64,000 bases of DNA from an uncultured Phycisphaerales bacterium (GCA_963792535.1 CAWBWQ010000001.1:352001-416000), one strand, 5' to 3'. Shown: positions 33,301 through 43,381, counted from the first letter of the stretch. Numbers and translations: made by a program. Notes: generated by a model from the sequence alone, not told the origin.

Positions 33301-33458
33301 CGATCGTGGGCGGGCTGATATTCAGCCAGATGCTTACGCTGTTCACCACACCGGTCATTTATCTGTACATGGACCGGCTTCGCTTCGGGCGGACTGCGAA
33401 AGTGAAGAATACGCGACCGGCATGGGCGGATGCACCGGCGTTGCCCGCCAGCGCGTGA
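30324..33458 (+). CDS. mdtC: RND efflux permease, MdtB/MdtC type
   Basis: FIHRPVATTLL, LPQVDYP, GFVVDDAIVVVEN, GIVKKNAIMMIDFA, RFRPITMTT. Confidence 0.88.
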   Translation: MSLSTPFIHRPVATTLLTIAVALAGGLAYFFLPVSPLPQVDYPSVSVSASLPGASPETMASAVATPLERQFGRIAAVTEMTSSSSLGTTNITLVFDLNRDIDSAARDVQAAINAAAGNLPANLPSKPGYKKINPADAPIMILTVTSDVYDRPHLYNTASSILAQKLAQVQGVGQVSVNGSALPSVRVEVNPTLLNNFGLGLEDVRNALSASNSNIPKGQLSGVNGTLSLNTSDQLFTANQYRTLLIAYRHGAAVRVGDVAEVVDSVEDTRQMGLVCTAAGNKSAVLLMIFRQPGANIINTVEQINNLLPQLRASIPAGMNLGVGLDRTLTIRASVHDVEVTLLISISLVILVVFVFLRDWRATIIPSVAVPVSLIGTFAVMYLLGYSLDNLSLMALTIATGFVVDDAIVVVENISRHIEDGLLPLDAALKGAEEIGFTVLSISVSLVAVFIPILLMGGYIGRLFREFAVTLSVAIFVSMLVSLTTTPMMAAVLLRSRGNRKPSALFQLTERMHQIVPNLYERGLRWVIRHQPLMLAVTVATIALTVFLFIEIPKGFFPQQDTGRISGSLKADQDTSFQAMSERLDQFAHIVASDQDVDTILAFSGGRGAFNQANMFGTLKQIGVRKNSVDQVAANLRKETAQLPGATLIFQPVQDIRIGGRGASAQYQYTLQGDDLTELNTWAPKLARKLKTMASAGIVDVDSDQQIGGLQADLNIDRATAKRLGITAAQIDRTLYDAFGQEQVSVMYTQLNQYHVVMEVNSSFLQNPDSLKYVYVQGTGGVQVPLSAFTTMKQDNTPLSVNHTGQFPSITISFNLLPGVSLGDAVTEIENASRDIGMPADIHAKFAGTAQAYQDSLGNMKLLIAAAILTVYIVLGVLYESLIHPVTILSTLPSAGVGALLALLAMRTDLTVIADIGIILLIGIVKKNAIMMIDFALEAERTLGKSPEEAILQAATLRFRPITMTTMAALLGGLPLAIGGGTGSELRQPLGIAIVGGLIFSQMLTLFTTPVIYLYMDRLRFGRTAKVKNTRPAWADAPALPASA

Positions 33459-33466
33459 GGACCGGA

Positions 33467-34507
33467 CTAGCGGGTTCGGTCGTTTGAAGGGTTTTCGTAA
33501 TAGTCGAAACTGGAGCCGAGGACTTCGAGCAGATCGGCGGTCACTGCGTTAAGTTCGGTGATGACGTGCGGCGGCAGCGGCTGCGCGATGGCAGCGACAT
33601 TGCGATTGAGGTGTTCGACGCTGCGCGATCCGCAGAGGGTGGTCGCGATGCCGGGCTGGCCGACAGCCCATTTCAGCGCGAGATCGGCGGTGGGAATGCC
33701 AAGCTCGCGGGCGATGCGGCGAATGCTTTGAAGGGCATCAGTGGTTTGCGCTTCTGCGCCGGGCAGACCATGGCGGCATTGGGGATTCTGGCGGCAGTCG
33801 AAGTGGCGCGTGCGCCGGTGCTGGGGCGGAATTTCATCGATGGTTGCATAGTCGCGGGCGAGAACGCCCTGCATGAGAGCCATGTATCCAATGACGGCGA
33901 TATCGTTTTTACCGCAGTAGGGGATCACTTCGTGTTCGATCGCGCGGGTAAGCAGGCTGTAGGGGAGTTGGTTGGCGGCGATCCGCGCGCCGGTGGCACG
34001 CGCTTCCTCTAACTTTGCCACGCCGAAATTCGCAACGCCGATGTGACGGATCTTTCCACTGCGCTGTAGGTCCTGGAGGGTTGTGAATGCGTCCGCGACG
34101 GAAGGCGTGGGGATCTCGGCGGCTGTGAAATGGCGGATCGAATGTGCGCTGATGGGCCAATGCAGCATGTAAAGATCGATATAATCCGTTCGCAATCGAC
34201 GCAGGCTGGCGTGGCAATGGGCCAGAAGCGCCGGTGGATCGGTGTGGTTCGGGCAGACCTTTGTTGCAATGAGAATGCGATCGCGCGGGAGACCTGCGAT
34301 TGCCTTGCCCAGTGATTCTTCGCTCGCGCCGTCGTTATAGGCTTCGGCGGTGTCGAAGAAGTTGCAGCCCAGATCGACGGCGCGGTGAACGACGCTGTCG
34401 ACGTCGGTCTGGTCGACGCCTCCCCAGTAGGAGCCGCCGCCAAAAGACCAGCAACCCATGCCCAATCTCGGCAGGCTAAGATTGTTTTCGCGAATCGTCT
34501 GCTGCAT
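33467..34507 (-). CDS. Aldo/keto reductase
   Basis: LGMGCW, FDTAEAY, IATK, YIDLYMLHWP. Confidence 0.9.
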   Translation of the reverse strand: MQQTIRENNLSLPRLGMGCWSFGGGSYWGGVDQTDVDSVVHRAVDLGCNFFDTAEAYNDGASEESLGKAIAGLPRDRILIATKVCPNHTDPPALLAHCHASLRRLRTDYIDLYMLHWPISAHSIRHFTAAEIPTPSVADAFTTLQDLQRSGKIRHIGVANFGVAKLEEARATGARIAANQLPYSLLTRAIEHEVIPYCGKNDIAVIGYMALMQGVLARDYATIDEIPPQHRRTRHFDCRQNPQCRHGLPGAEAQTTDALQSIRRIARELGIPTADLALKWAVGQPGIATTLCGSRSVEHLNRNVAAIAQPLPPHVITELNAVTADLLEVLGSSFDYYENPSNDRTR

Positions 34508-34509
34508 CG

Positions 34510-35313
34510 CTATTTCTTTCTCGGCAACGCGCGGGTTGCACCCCCGGAGATTCCACCGTCGATGAGAAGCGTCTGGGCAGTCATATACCGACTCGCGTCG
34601 GAGGCGAGAAAGACAATGGCTCCGTCCAGGTCGTTTGGATGTCCGGGGCGTTTCAGGGGAATACGGTCGCAAAGATAGTCGAGCCATTGAGGGTCTTCGT
34701 ACATCGCTTGATTTTGAGCCGTTTTGAACCAGCCCGGAGCCAGGCAGTTGACGGTGATACCGTCGGATCCCCAATCGTCGGCCAGGCTCATTGTCAACTG
34801 CTTCACACCACCGCGACTGGCTCCGTAAGGTGCAAGGCCAGCGTAACCGGCAACGCAGGTGACCGAGCCGATATTGATGATCCGCCCGTATTTTCGAGAA
34901 ATCATGTGCCGGGCGACCGACTGAGAGACAAAGAATGTGCCGCGAAGGTTGGTGTCAAGGATAAGATTCCAGTCATCCCACGTTACTTCCAGCGCAGGTT
35001 TACGAACGTTGCAGCCGGCATTGTTGACCAGGATATCGATATGACCGAAGTGAGCGACGGCCGATTCGGTCATGTCCTGAATACTATGGGAGTCGCGGAC
35101 GTCCAGCGGCAGAGGCAGTACCTTTCGGCCCATCGCCTCGATCTCTTTTTGAAAATCGTGCAGCTTGGCGGGGTCGCGGCTCGTTATCACCAGATCGGCA
35201 CCGGCGCTGGCAAGTGCGCGGGCAAGGTATTGCCCAAGCCCCTGGCTGGTGCCGGTTACGATGGCGACTTTACCTGTCAGGTCGAATAGTTCGGTATTTA
35301 AGGATGCCTGCAT
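34510..35313 (-). CDS. SDR dehydrogenase (gluconate 5-dehydrogenase/KduD-like)
   Basis: FDLTGKVAIVTGTSQGLG, NNAG, YGASR, APGWFKT. Confidence 0.88.
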   Translation of the reverse strand: MQASLNTELFDLTGKVAIVTGTSQGLGQYLARALASAGADLVITSRDPAKLHDFQKEIEAMGRKVLPLPLDVRDSHSIQDMTESAVAHFGHIDILVNNAGCNVRKPALEVTWDDWNLILDTNLRGTFFVSQSVARHMISRKYGRIINIGSVTCVAGYAGLAPYGASRGGVKQLTMSLADDWGSDGITVNCLAPGWFKTAQNQAMYEDPQWLDYLCDRIPLKRPGHPNDLDGAIVFLASDASRYMTAQTLLIDGGISGGATRALPRKK

Positions 35314-35322
35314 CGTAAAAAA

Positions 35323-36330
35323 TTACGGTTTGAGGATGACTTTCAGTAAGCCCGGCTCGGCCTGATACAGACGCTTGAACCAGGTGGCTCCATCGGACAG
35401 CAGGGCGACGGCACTGATCAACGGCTTCACATCCACCGCGCCGCTGGCGATCAACTCGAGGCACTGAGGATACTCCAATGCAGATGCGCAGGAACCAAAA
35501 ATCGAAAGCTCGCGCGTCACCACCAGTTGCAGCGGCCAATCAACCCTGGGCGACACATTCCCCACTAACGTTACCACGCCCCCTTTACGCACGGACCTGA
35601 TTGCCAGATCGATCGTGGCGGAAATGCCTACGACTTCAAAGGCAAAGTCGATATTCCCCTGCGGTGAAAAATCTCGCGAGTTGATGATTTCGGTGGCACC
35701 AAGCCGCGCGGCCAGAGCGAGCTTTTCATCCACCAGATCCACGGCAATGATTCGTCGACACCCGATAGCACGCAGCACCTGGATCTGCAGCAGCCCGATC
35801 ATTCCAGCTCCGACCACAATTGCAGTGTTGTCCGATCTGATGCCAGAGCGTTTGGCAGCATGAACCGCAATTGAAAGCGGTTCAACTAACGCGGCGTGCT
35901 CAAACGGCAGCGCGTCGGGCAGGCGATATAAAACATGCTGAGGCACGGCCACAAACTCGGCGAATGCGCCGTGCTGCCGATACTCCGGGCAAGACACGCC
36001 CAGCACGCGGCGGGCATCGCACAGATTGATTTGCCCCTGTCGGCAGAACTCGCACTGGTTGCAGTAGAGGGTGGAATCAAAGGTTACCCGGTCGCCCGGA
36101 TTCCACTCGACGACCGAAGTACCGATCCGGGCAATCACACCCGCGGCTTCGTGTCCCATGATGATCGGCGGAATGCGGCGGCCTGTGCGGCCGTCCATGC
36201 CATGCACATCGCTACCACAAATGCCACACGCTTTGACGCAGATCAGCACATGATCGGGCGCAAGATCAGGAATTGGCGTATCAACGAAGGCGAATTCACC
36301 AGGCGCGACGAGAACCAGCGCCTTCATCAT
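35323..36330 (-). CDS. Zn-dependent sugar/polyol dehydrogenase
   Basis: GICGSD, GHE, CxxCxxC...C, GAGMIG. Confidence 0.9.
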   Translation of the reverse strand: MMKALVLVAPGEFAFVDTPIPDLAPDHVLICVKACGICGSDVHGMDGRTGRRIPPIIMGHEAAGVIARIGTSVVEWNPGDRVTFDSTLYCNQCEFCRQGQINLCDARRVLGVSCPEYRQHGAFAEFVAVPQHVLYRLPDALPFEHAALVEPLSIAVHAAKRSGIRSDNTAIVVGAGMIGLLQIQVLRAIGCRRIIAVDLVDEKLALAARLGATEIINSRDFSPQGNIDFAFEVVGISATIDLAIRSVRKGGVVTLVGNVSPRVDWPLQLVVTRELSIFGSCASALEYPQCLELIASGAVDVKPLISAVALLSDGATWFKRLYQAEPGLLKVILKP

Positions 36331-36416
36331 CGCTGCCGGCGCGGAAGGCGGGAGATTTAATGCAGATGTTTGCGTGTGAATCTCTCTGCTGGAGAAATAG
36401 TCATCACCGATGAGGC

Positions 36417-37970
36417 CTACTTGGGCAAAGCTGTTTCGTGCGGCAGGGCGTCGGCGAACTTGTCCCACTCCTGGGACTCCACTTTAAATGCATACGCCTG
36501 TTTGCAGGGCCGCTTTTGTGCATCCTGCAACTGCCGCGGCATTTCGACCACGAGCGAGTCGCCGTCCATATGCCAGTTCAAGTCCTGGTCGAGGCCAAGC
36601 ATGCGAATCACCGAGCCTGGCTTTGGTTTAATCATGGTGGAGCGAAGGGTTTCGCCGGGCCACTTCAAGCTGATGATGTAGACGTATTTTTTGTCCTTGG
36701 TTCGCGTAAAGCGAAGATCTTTGCCTTCGTGGTAACGGAGGTAAGGGCGAGTGGCGAAGATGGATTCGCCGTTGATGTTTAACCAGTCTCCGACATAGGA
36801 AACGCGGTCGATCATTTCCTGTTGCCATTTTCCATCAGGGCCGGGACCGAAACCAGCCTGAAAATTCCCGCCCTTGGCGACAATATCAATGAGGCTTTGC
36901 AGGATCCATTCCTGTGTCTTGAATGGCCCATCCTTGTGGTACGAAAAACCCCCGCCGCAGGCATAGATGACCTGCCAGGGGCGCTTGATGACATTAGGAT
37001 CTTCGGGGATGGTGGCTTCAGGTGTTTCATAGTCGCCGTAATCATCAATCCCGCGGTTGCGCAGCATGATGTTCGGTTGCAGTTGCCGAGCCATTTTCGC
37101 AACGCCGTTGGCATCATTCTGGGCTTCCTTGCACCAGTGCATGTCCAGGCAAAGCGTATCGATGGGGCCATACCAGGTGAGCAGTTCAGTGATTTGATCG
37201 CGTTCTTTCTGGATAAAGGCATCCCAGCGTTTGGGATCGTCGGATCGCTTTGTGAACGAACCGTCATACCAGAAATTGGGAACCCACTGGTTGTCCCAGC
37301 CGAAGTCCCAGTCGTGCCAGTCGATGTTCGAATAATAAAGGCTGACACCCAGCCCGTGCGAGCGACCCGCTTTGACCAGTTCACCGACAATATCCCGCTG
37401 AAAAGGCGTTTCGGCGATGCTGTAGTGATCGGTCACTTCTTCAAACGTACCATCTGGTTTCTTTTTGAAACCACGCTGAAGTGTTTTAGTCGGCCACATG
37501 CAGAAACCTTCGTGATGCTTGGTGGTGAAGGAGAAATACTTCATGTCCGCGCGCTGCATAATCCGCATCCACGCATCAGCATCAAAACCCGTGGGATTAA
37601 AGACCTGGTAGGTCGCATAATAATTTTTGAGCCATTCCTTGTCGTCCTTGTGATCCCTGATGATCCAGGATTCCCTCCCGTTCCACAGGGTATACAAACC
37701 CCAGTGGATGCGCAGGCCCCATTTCCAGTCCTGCCATCTTTCGACTGCTGCCTCGCCGGCATGCACGTAGTCCGGGTCTACCTTTCGATACGATTTATAT
37801 CGCGCCTGCAGTCGCTGTTCCTCGGCGGCATCGATCCGTGTTTGGGGAGTCGTCGGCAGTGTGGTGGGCTGCAACTCACCGGCATGAAGCCGCGGTGGAA
37901 GTCGATCAACCACGACGGCGGCAATAGCGATCATCAGCAAAATGCCCGTCGCGCGATGCGTTTTTTTCAT
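36417..37970 (-). CDS. Secreted alpha-L-fucosidase, GH29
   Basis: WGLRIHWGLY, TTKHHEGFCMW, LCLD, DYETPE, WLNINGESIF.TRP. Confidence 0.88.
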   Translation of the reverse strand: MKKTHRATGILLMIAIAAVVVDRLPPRLHAGELQPTTLPTTPQTRIDAAEEQRLQARYKSYRKVDPDYVHAGEAAVERWQDWKWGLRIHWGLYTLWNGRESWIIRDHKDDKEWLKNYYATYQVFNPTGFDADAWMRIMQRADMKYFSFTTKHHEGFCMWPTKTLQRGFKKKPDGTFEEVTDHYSIAETPFQRDIVGELVKAGRSHGLGVSLYYSNIDWHDWDFGWDNQWVPNFWYDGSFTKRSDDPKRWDAFIQKERDQITELLTWYGPIDTLCLDMHWCKEAQNDANGVAKMARQLQPNIMLRNRGIDDYGDYETPEATIPEDPNVIKRPWQVIYACGGGFSYHKDGPFKTQEWILQSLIDIVAKGGNFQAGFGPGPDGKWQQEMIDRVSYVGDWLNINGESIFATRPYLRYHEGKDLRFTRTKDKKYVYIISLKWPGETLRSTMIKPKPGSVIRMLGLDQDLNWHMDGDSLVVEMPRQLQDAQKRPCKQAYAFKVESQEWDKFADALPHETALPK

Positions 37971-38043
37971 ATCCGTCTCTGGTTGACATGCGTGGCAGGA
38001 TTGCTGCCCGTGTCCGACATGAATTACATATCGCTTTTGTCGT

Positions 38044-38640
38044 TCAATGTTGAAGCGCCATTGCCAACTGCTTGATCGCCTGATGCACTTTCGGATTTGC
38101 CGCGATGGTAGAATGACTCGTGCCAGGTTCATTCAAAAGCGGATCGTTACGGATATCAATATTCTCGATGCGACCTTCTCCCGCCAATGGAACGCCGCGT
38201 AACCACGGGAAAATATCCCAGAATCCATCAGGCTCATAAAAATTGACGCACTGTTTGACGTTCCCGGGAACCGCCGCGGGAGTAACGGGATCAATTGTGA
38301 TGAGGAGATCGACCGGCCGGTGCATTTCGTTCAACCGCCGCGCGATCAGAATCACATCGTCCGCCCCGTAAGAGAAACCGATGAGAATCAGCCCCGAGCG
38401 CGGGTTGTTGTTCAGAACAGGCGGCAGACTTTCCCATTGGTCTTCTCGAAATACACAGGCGGTAATGTCCGCCGAGCGAAGTTCACCAGCCAACTGGTCC
38501 ACGCCGGTGGAATACCAGTCCCTATAGCCCCGGATCAGGCACGCGCGGGGCGGCGCTGATGCAGAAAAAGCCCGCAAGTCACCCGCGGGCAGCCGGGCGC
38601 AACCGCCTAATAAAATGCAAAGCAATAACAAGCGCCGCAT
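38044..38640 (-). CDS. Lipoprotein with alpha/beta-hydrolase-like motif
   Basis: MRRLLLLCILLGG-C; LIGFSYGA; LLITIDPV. Confidence 0.65.
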   Translation of the reverse strand: MRRLLLLCILLGGCARLPAGDLRAFSASAPPRACLIRGYRDWYSTGVDQLAGELRSADITACVFREDQWESLPPVLNNNPRSGLILIGFSYGADDVILIARRLNEMHRPVDLLITIDPVTPAAVPGNVKQCVNFYEPDGFWDIFPWLRGVPLAGEGRIENIDIRNDPLLNEPGTSHSTIAANPKVHQAIKQLAMALQH

Positions 38641-38716
38641 GCGGTGGAAGTCTACACGCAAGTGTTCCACACAGCTCTTTTGCTTGCTTCGCTGAAGAGA
38701 CCGCTATACTTATTTC

Positions 38717-39967
38717 ATGCGGCAGTGCTACGCCTTCCTTCCAATGTTGTTGTTGCTGTTCTCCGGGCTGGTGGCTTGTGGGGAAACTGGTTTGCCTCAG
38801 GGTCCGGTGCCCGGTGGGCTTGGGGTCAACATTCATTTCACGCGCGCCAAGGCCGGGGAGATGCAGTTACTGGCTGATTCAGGCGTGACCTGGATTCGCA
38901 TGGACATGGGCTGGGCCGGCATTGAAAAAGCCAAAGGGATCTACAACTTTTCCAGTTACGACTATCTTTTCAACGATCTGGATTCGCATCACATCCGTCC
39001 GCTTTTTGTTCTGGATTATGGGAATCCGCTTTACGAAAAGGACTCGCCGAGCACTGACGCCACGCGCGCTGCATTTGCGAGGTGGGCCGCTGCTTCGGTG
39101 AAGCATTTCGCGGGACGGGGCGCGATCTGGGAAATCTGGAACGAACCCGATGGCGCTTCCTGGAAACCCAGGACCGATTTAGCCGCTTACATCAAGCTGG
39201 CTGTTGCGGCCAACAAGGCGATTCACGCCGCGTGCCCGAAAGAAACCTGTATCGGTCCGGCGACGGCCAGTGTCGACTTTCCTTTTTGCGAACTCTGTTT
39301 CGACGCCGGTTGCCTGGAAGATTGGGCCGCCATTTCGGTGCATCCCTACCGACAGGGTGGACCGGAAACCGTCGCAACCGCTTACCAGAAACTCAATGAA
39401 CTGATCGCAAAACATGCCCCGCCGGGAAAGCAAATCCCCGTCATATCCGGGGAATGGGGATGGTCCTGCGCATGGAAAAAAATAACACCACAAATCCAGG
39501 CCGACTTTCTGGCAAGGCAATGGCTGATTAACCGCTGGCAGCACGTGCCCCTGTCAATCTATTACGACTGGCGTGACGACGGCACAGATCCCACCGATCA
39601 GGAACAAAACTTTGGGATGATCGACCATGACTATCATCCCAAACCGGCTTATCAGGCGGCCAAAACACTGACCGCGCAGCTCAATCAATTTACGTTCAAC
39701 CGGCGATTGCTGCTGGGCAAGCCGGAAGATTACGTGATGGTGTTCACCCGGGCGAAGGAAACCCGCCTGGTTGTATGGTCGGCAGCAAGGGACCCGGCTA
39801 CTGTTTCCATCTACGCCACGGCTGGAGAGTTTGAAATCGTGTCGGTAAGCGGTGAAAGAATTCCACCGGTGAAAGTGAGAGACGGTATGTTGAGCCTGAC
39901 GATAGGCAGTTCACCGATGTATTTGATCCCAAAGGCAGGGACGAAAGTGATCTATGGACCGAAATGA
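38717..39967 (+). CDS. Secreted clan GH-A glycoside hydrolase (GH5/GH39-like)
   Basis: WEIWNEP acid/base, SVHPY, SGEWGW nucleophile. Confidence 0.8.
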   Translation: MRQCYAFLPMLLLLFSGLVACGETGLPQGPVPGGLGVNIHFTRAKAGEMQLLADSGVTWIRMDMGWAGIEKAKGIYNFSSYDYLFNDLDSHHIRPLFVLDYGNPLYEKDSPSTDATRAAFARWAAASVKHFAGRGAIWEIWNEPDGASWKPRTDLAAYIKLAVAANKAIHAACPKETCIGPATASVDFPFCELCFDAGCLEDWAAISVHPYRQGGPETVATAYQKLNELIAKHAPPGKQIPVISGEWGWSCAWKKITPQIQADFLARQWLINRWQHVPLSIYYDWRDDGTDPTDQEQNFGMIDHDYHPKPAYQAAKTLTAQLNQFTFNRRLLLGKPEDYVMVFTRAKETRLVVWSAARDPATVSIYATAGEFEIVSVSGERIPPVKVRDGMLSLTIGSSPMYLIPKAGTKVIYGPK

Positions 39968-40916
39968 ACTGAACCAGCGATTGCCCGCAGTGGTCGATGC
40001 GCTGGTGAACAGCGTGGTAAACGAACCGCGCATGAAGCACCTCAATCGTGTGTATCTCCCCAGCCGGGACGAGATTGTCCTGTGCATTTCGATGCTGCGC
40101 GAGCTGCTTTTCCCCGGTTACTTCGGCAAGCAGGGATTAACATCGGTCAACATCACCTACCGCATGGGGGAGCTGGTGACACAGCTGGCCGATAAGTTAT
40201 ATGAGCAGGTGCGGCATTGCCTGCGATATCGCCGGCAAATCCCCGGTGAGACCGATGCTGAAGACGCCTGCGCGGACTGCGATCACCAAGCGGCGGAGAT
40301 CATTTCTCAATTCCTGGACCTGATTCCCGCTGTGCGCGTCATGCTTTCAGGCGATGTACAGGCGGCGTTTGACAGCGATCCGGCCGCGCAGAGCACCGAC
40401 GAAACGGTATTCAGTTACCCGGGTTTGTATGCGATCAGCGTTCAGCGACTGGCGCACGAGTTTTTCAAACTTGATGTGCCCTTGCTGCCACGCATTATGA
40501 CGGAGCACGCGCATGCGATGACAGGCATTGATATCCATCCTGGCGCAAAACTGGGGCGTCATTTCTTCATCGACCACGGCACCGGCGTCGTCATCGGTGA
40601 GACCGTCGAGATCGGAGATCACGTCAAGGTTTATCAGGGCGTCACACTCGGCGCACTGGCCCCGGATTTTGGTCAGGCACTGCGCGGGCAAAAGCGGCAT
40701 CCCACGATCCAGGACAATGTGACAATTTACGCCGGGGCCACAATCCTTGGCGGCGAGACCGTGATCGGTTACGGCAGTGTGATCGGCGGAAACGTCTTCA
40801 TCACCCGCAGCGTGCCTCCGGAAAACCGCGTGAGCGCCGAACCGCCCAAGCTGAAATATCGCGACCGCAGCAAACGGACCGAGCAGACAGACGAGTTTCT
40901 GGATTTTCAGATTTGA
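39954..40916 (+). CDS. cysE: Serine O-acetyltransferase
   Basis: DPAA, TGIDIHPGA, FIDHGTGVVIGET, KRHPT. Confidence 0.92.
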   Translation: MDRNELNQRLPAVVDALVNSVVNEPRMKHLNRVYLPSRDEIVLCISMLRELLFPGYFGKQGLTSVNITYRMGELVTQLADKLYEQVRHCLRYRRQIPGETDAEDACADCDHQAAEIISQFLDLIPAVRVMLSGDVQAAFDSDPAAQSTDETVFSYPGLYAISVQRLAHEFFKLDVPLLPRIMTEHAHAMTGIDIHPGAKLGRHFFIDHGTGVVIGETVEIGDHVKVYQGVTLGALAPDFGQALRGQKRHPTIQDNVTIYAGATILGGETVIGYGSVIGGNVFITRSVPPENRVSAEPPKLKYRDRSKRTEQTDEFLDFQI

Positions 40917-41122
40917 TAGTCGACTGGTGTACGAACGCACTTACGCCGCAACGATGTTGCGCCGCCGCCACGCCCGTTGCCCTATAACCTCAACGGATGT
41001 TGTCTGAACGCAACATCCGGTTTAATCCCCCAAGGCGATCTGCCAGCAGGCTTATTTCCGACCCGCAAAAGGACAATCGCCGTATATCGGTTGCCTGGCA
41101 CCGGGTTTGTGAATGATTTTCC

Positions 41123-41440
41123 GTGCGCAACGCAATTTTAATCGCAGCAGTATTCATGATGACCGGATGTGCTTCGCAGCAACCAGCGATGCAAACAGTC
41201 ACCATTGCTCAGCAGCCCCAGTATGCCTGCGCGGCCATGGCATTCGATGCTCCGATAACATTGGATCAGCCGGCCATCGATGTTTCGCGGGCTGACCGCG
41301 GCCCGGCCGCGTTCGTTGGCTTCGAAGATATCAACACCAGCTATTACGATGTTGTGAATGACGACCGTCAGAGCACCGACCGCAGCGACCGGTTCATTCG
41401 CGAGTCGGTCACCGAGCGCATCGGCACAACCCGGCGGTGA
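41123..41440 (+). CDS. Small hypothetical lipoprotein
   Basis: MRNAILIAAVFMMTG-C lipobox. Confidence 0.6.
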   Translation: MRNAILIAAVFMMTGCASQQPAMQTVTIAQQPQYACAAMAFDAPITLDQPAIDVSRADRGPAAFVGFEDINTSYYDVVNDDRQSTDRSDRFIRESVTERIGTTRR

Positions 41441-41637
41441 CAGACGGGGGTCTGCGGGCGCTCACAAACCGGTTCGCGTCAGTTGCTCCAACCGTCCGAA
41501 TCCTCCGATTCACTATTGCGATTGTCCTGTCATGTTCTACGGCATGATTTGACCCCCGCCCGCATCCGCTTTAGACTAAATACGTTAACTACCGACGCTT
41601 ACCGGCTTAACGGCCTTATAGGGAAGTGGGATCGTGA

Positions 41638-42016
41638 ATGGCCACCGTCACTAAGAAGGAATTGATCGATCGCATCGCCGAATCTACAAACAGCCGTCGC
41701 GTGCAGGTGAAGCGCGTGATCCAGCAGTTTCTGGATGAGATCGTCATCGAACTGGGTAAGGGAAATCGCCTGGAATTTCGCGATTTCGGAGTCTTTGAAA
41801 GCAAGCTCCGCAAGGCGCAAAGCCCAGAACCCAAAGACTTTGCAGCCTGTAGCCGTACCTGAAAAACGAACCGTCAAATTCAAGGTCGGTCGTTTGATGA
41901 AGCAGCAGCTCGGGGATCTGACAGGCGCGCACATCGACGACGAAGCGGGTGACGTGGCTGAAATGGTCGCCGGTGCCGCCGACGAAGAGGACGACGATCA
42001 GGAAGAGAAAGAGTAA
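41638..42016 (+). CDS. HU/IHF-family DNA-binding protein with acidic tail (frameshift near 41817)
   Basis: VTKKELIDRIA, LEFRDFGVF, AQNPKT, VKFKVG. Confidence 0.9.
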
Positions 42017-42153
42017 TCGGGTCTCCACCGCGCCGGTTGAAGTGTAGCGGATCTGGGTGAAACCGCTCCGTCTCCGAGAGATTAGCCGCCGATGCCCGTG
42101 CCCCGTTGGTCCATTTTTCTAAGTCGGCGCGGATCATCCATCCCGTTGTCGAA

Positions 42154-43341
42154 ATGTCTCCAGTTGACTGGTACAGCACTGTCGAACACGCCCTTCAAGG
42201 TCGGCGCGAGCGGTCTGCACTGCGTGCTCGCCGGGCGGTTGAGGTGTTTGACTCCACTCACCTGCAGGTTGACGGGAAGCGGGTCGTTAATTTCGCTTCA
42301 AACAACTACCTCGGACTGTCGCATCACCCGCACGTGCTGGCGGCGTTCCAGGAGACCGCTCGTTTATCCGGCGTGGGGAGTGGGGCGGCGGCGCTTGTAA
42401 CCGGGCACACTCAATTCCATGCCTCTGCCGAACGAGCGTTGGCCAGGTGGAAGGGGACAGAGTCGGCAGTCATTCTGTCGAGCGGTTACGCGGCCAATCT
42501 CGCCTGCGTGCAGATGCTGGCCGCGGTGGGGCGGGGTCGCCGGGTCCGGTTTCTTATTGACAAGCTCGCGCATGCGTCACTGCTCGATGCGGTGCGCGCC
42601 GCCTGCTGGGAGGAGAAGGTAACCTTCCGTGTATTTCCGCATAACCATCTTCAAAAACTCAAGCGGTTGCTGTCCGACAGCGACGAGAAAACGCTGAACG
42701 TCGTCGTGACCGAATCGATCTTCAGCATGGACGGCGATGCTGCCGACCTGCCAGGGATCGTTGCGCTGAAGCAGCAATATCCATTTCTCCTGCTGTTGGA
42801 CGAAGCTCACGGAAGCGGGGTCTATGGGATCGACGGCGCCGGCTACGCGGCGGAGTGCGGGCTAAGCCATGAGGTGGACTTGACCGTGGTCACACTTTCA
42901 AAGGCCATTGGATGCAGTGGTGGAGCCGTCTGCGGCAGCAGGACATTATGCGAAGCGCTGGTCAATTTCGGGCGGACTTATGTTTTTTCCACGGCCATTC
43001 CACCCGCGGTCTGCGCAGCGGTTGAAACAGCTATCGCAGTGATGCACGATGAGCCCGAGCGTCAATCGCGCGTTCGCGCACTATCGCGTCAGGTGCGGGA
43101 AGGGCTGAAATTAAAAGCGGATGATTCACCAATTGTGCCGCTCGTTCTGGGAAGTGAATCGCAGGCGCTTGCAGCAGCAGACCATCTCCTGCACCAAGGG
43201 CTTTTGTGCGTGGCCGTCCGCCCTCCAACAGTGCCGATAAATACCAGCCGATTGAGGATCACCCTCAGCGCGGATCACTCGAATGAAGATATCAAAAAGC
43301 TCATCGAGACCTGTGCGCCGCTCGCGGCCCCACAGGCGTGA
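42154..43341 (+). CDS. bioF: 8-amino-7-oxononanoate synthase
   Basis: NFASNNYLGL, SGYAAN, HASLLD, SMDGD, DEAH, TLSKA, RPPTVP. Confidence 0.9.
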   Translation: MSPVDWYSTVEHALQGRRERSALRARRAVEVFDSTHLQVDGKRVVNFASNNYLGLSHHPHVLAAFQETARLSGVGSGAAALVTGHTQFHASAERALARWKGTESAVILSSGYAANLACVQMLAAVGRGRRVRFLIDKLAHASLLDAVRAACWEEKVTFRVFPHNHLQKLKRLLSDSDEKTLNVVVTESIFSMDGDAADLPGIVALKQQYPFLLLLDEAHGSGVYGIDGAGYAAECGLSHEVDLTVVTLSKAIGCSGGAVCGSRTLCEALVNFGRTYVFSTAIPPAVCAAVETAIAVMHDEPERQSRVRALSRQVREGLKLKADDSPIVPLVLGSESQALAAADHLLHQGLLCVAVRPPTVPINTSRLRITLSADHSNEDIKKLIETCAPLAAPQA

Positions 43342-43381
43342 TCTGCGCCACGTATCGCATCAAACAACCGTCCGCTCGCCT

